This document shows, in pieces, positions 61,578 through 64,000 of a DNA stretch of 64,000 nt. The notes beneath the pieces were generated by a model. That model made no database searches and was not told the DNA's origin. It saw nothing but the letters and a program-made list of their open reading frames with translations. The translations under genes and the position numbers were made by a program. The first letter of the stretch is position 1; each line of letters begins with the position of its first letter. This DNA is from the human T2T-CHM13v2.0 reference genome, Homo sapiens. The stretch is from the NCBI RefSeq assembly GCF_009914755.1, contig NC_060930.1; one strand, 5' to 3'.

Positions 61578-64000
61578 AAAACCACCAAAACATTGCTTTT
61601 GTTTTCCAGTTCCAACATAGGATCTCTGCTACATACAGGCTAGAATCCAAAAATTGGAAGTTAAAGTTTTGGACTAAACTTCACAACTAATTTTCCCCTA
61701 TGGGGGATGGACAGTAGGCTGGTAAATAAAGACAGAGAAATCTACAGGATCAGGGCAGAAACTGGCCAGACATTGCTATTCATGGGCTTTCCCTAGGGCC
61801 AGTGAGCAGGTGCAGGGAATCAGCCTGAGTGCATCAGCAGGCTCTTCCACACTGCCCTGCAGCAGGCAGCAAGGCTCCTGTTGGCAATCACTCGGTCCTG
61901 CTGCCAACTTTCAAGGCTTATACACCAACGGGGTCCTGGACTAGGGGCGCAGAGGGGAACTCAGAAAAGGACTTCCTATGGTGGATGAATGCGTAGGTGG
62001 CTCAGAGTCACAAGCTGGGTTTTGGACCAGATGGTTTTCTGAGAGGCACCACTACTCTACACTGTTTCTCAAAGTACTCCTGGTATACCAGGCCTTTCTC
62101 CAACACCAAGACAACAGTGGACTATCTACAGAAATTCCATCATAGCTTGTAACTTCTACATATTGAGAAAAAAAAGCTATGTGATACACATGCATAATAA
62201 CACCCTACTGAAAAAAGTGAAGTCTACCGAAAGCACCATTTTTGAGGGTCATAAAATCAAGTAGTAAGTCAGGACTGACATTTTCTGTTTGATAACATAG
62301 AATAGAATAAACAGAGAAAACAGAGTACCATATGTAGACACGCAGTAAAGGTAAATCATTCCACAAAGCTATTCCATGTACGCATGCCATGCATATATGC
62401 CATGTGTGGCATGGGAACCAATGTAAAGTGTATTTATTACTTTGGACACAAACAAAACTTTTTAAACTCTCTGACTTAAAAAATAAACTATAATTAAACT
62501 TTTCAGGCCCTGAAAACCCCAAAACATTCACACCATAGTTCCTGTAGGAGATTATTTCCCCCATTTGAAACAAGCATGGATTCTAGAGAAAACTAGCTCA
62601 ACTTTCTCAGAAACTAGAGAAGAATTTACTAATTGGATTTTTGTTCAAACCTTTATTATTAGTTGGAGTTGGAACATAACCTTCGAGATTTCTAAAGTCA
62701 GTGGCATAACCTTCCCCTGGTTACAGTGACATAAGAACACAGATCAACTGAATAAACCAACACATTCTCCAGAGTGGCGATGTAACCAAGGTCTGCTGAT
62801 CCAAAGCAATGTCGAAAGACAGAAACCCCAACCTCGCCAGCTTCATAAAGCATCAATAGCACACAAATGAGACACGGTGGCTTAAAAGTGGCTTGCAAAT
62901 GGAACAGAGCTAAGATCCTTATGACAGAACAACACTCAGGCATGCACACGTAAGGACAAAGAGTTGGACTTGGGAAGCTAGCAAGGAAAAAATATTTGAA
63001 ACATCTTTTTATAATGGGAATAGAGTGTGTTGAAGAACTCAGCAATGAAATGACTTTACGGTAGAAATCAAAGTTCTTTTTCCAGGAAGTCAGAGCATTC
63101 TATGTACTTTCTACTGGTGAAAAACTTATGTAAATAAATAACTACCAGGCAAGATGATCACAGCAACCAAACTAAGCACCAGCCACAACCACCCACAAGG
63201 TAAATTCACAAATTGCCTTGTGTCTGCTTTGTAAAAGAATCCCCGACCAATCAAGACTAAAGCAATACCCACCCGTATTCAGGAAGGAATGCTGGTTTAT
63301 CTCAGAAGGCAATCCAGAAACACCAGATACCCAGTTTCTGCTTTAGCTGAGGCGTTTCTAGTTACAAAGTTAAAGAGAAGCTTAGGGAATAGAGGCAAGG
63401 GAACTGTATCGACAATAAAATATACTTATTCTCATGTTCTCTAGTCAAGTTTATGGAAAAGACAAAACTCAAGTGATACTGTTTAAAGAAATCTCAACTG
63501 CTTGTGGCTTTTATTAATACTTGCGAGTTTTCCTTCGAGAAAGCCAAACATATATTAAGCCCAAGCCTGACAATTTACTGTACCACTAAAATTATTTTAA
63601 CCAGTGAATAGATTAGCCTTTATTCTTGTTCTATACCTTTTTCAATAATGCACAAAAACTTATTAAGCTATGTCTTAAAACATAAAAACAAACCTACAAT
63701 ACTACAAGTGTACAATTAGCGATGCAAGCAGCATATTCAGAAATTTGACCAAGCTCCCACAAACCACAATTACTTAGGGGATGGGAATCCAAAAAGTCTT
63801 AGCTAAGCGGTGGCGGGTGCGGGGCATGGAACCGGATCAGTATGGGAGTGATGATCTCTTCTTTCCTTATAGCTTATTCCCTCCTCTTCCCTCCAGGTTA
63901 CTGCCACCTTCTTCCATTCACTACCATTCCCAATACAGTCTTTTTCAAAAATAAGAGGGCATGAAAATGGAAAAGTAGAGTCCCTCTTCATTCCACTAAT

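Noticed and set aside
63803-63991. 62-aa minus-strand ORF with a small CpG/G-rich patch
   Set aside because: No convincing donor or homology; truncated context at the window edge.

Overview
Primate (most likely human) genomic DNA, rich in Alu, L2, MIR, MLT1 and MER elements. It has no long CDS, and essentially all ORF-track entries are repeat-derived or chance. The window is read as the 5' region of a minus-strand gene, NHSL1. A first coding exon at 1808-1751 reads MVVFINAKIKSLIKLFKKK plus a phase-1 GTAAGT donor, and one at 48146-48131 reads MFCLK plus a phase-1 GTGAGG donor. I recognise both from memory as NHSL1 isoform N-termini that continue (T/A)VSNLDEESRW in a shared exon, which is not in the window and should lie left of position 1. 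The main lead is a series of further ATG-to-phase-1-donor cassettes (694-637, 14855-14795, 19931-19754, 59373-59325) and frame-preserving phase-1/1 mini-exon candidates. Together they suggest a 'variable N-terminus / constant body' array interleaved with CTCF motifs. Also present: a perfect 82-bp tandem duplication, a palindromic MER53, close inverted Alu pairs and twin G4 motifs. No database was consulted; repeat subfamilies and boundaries are approximate.
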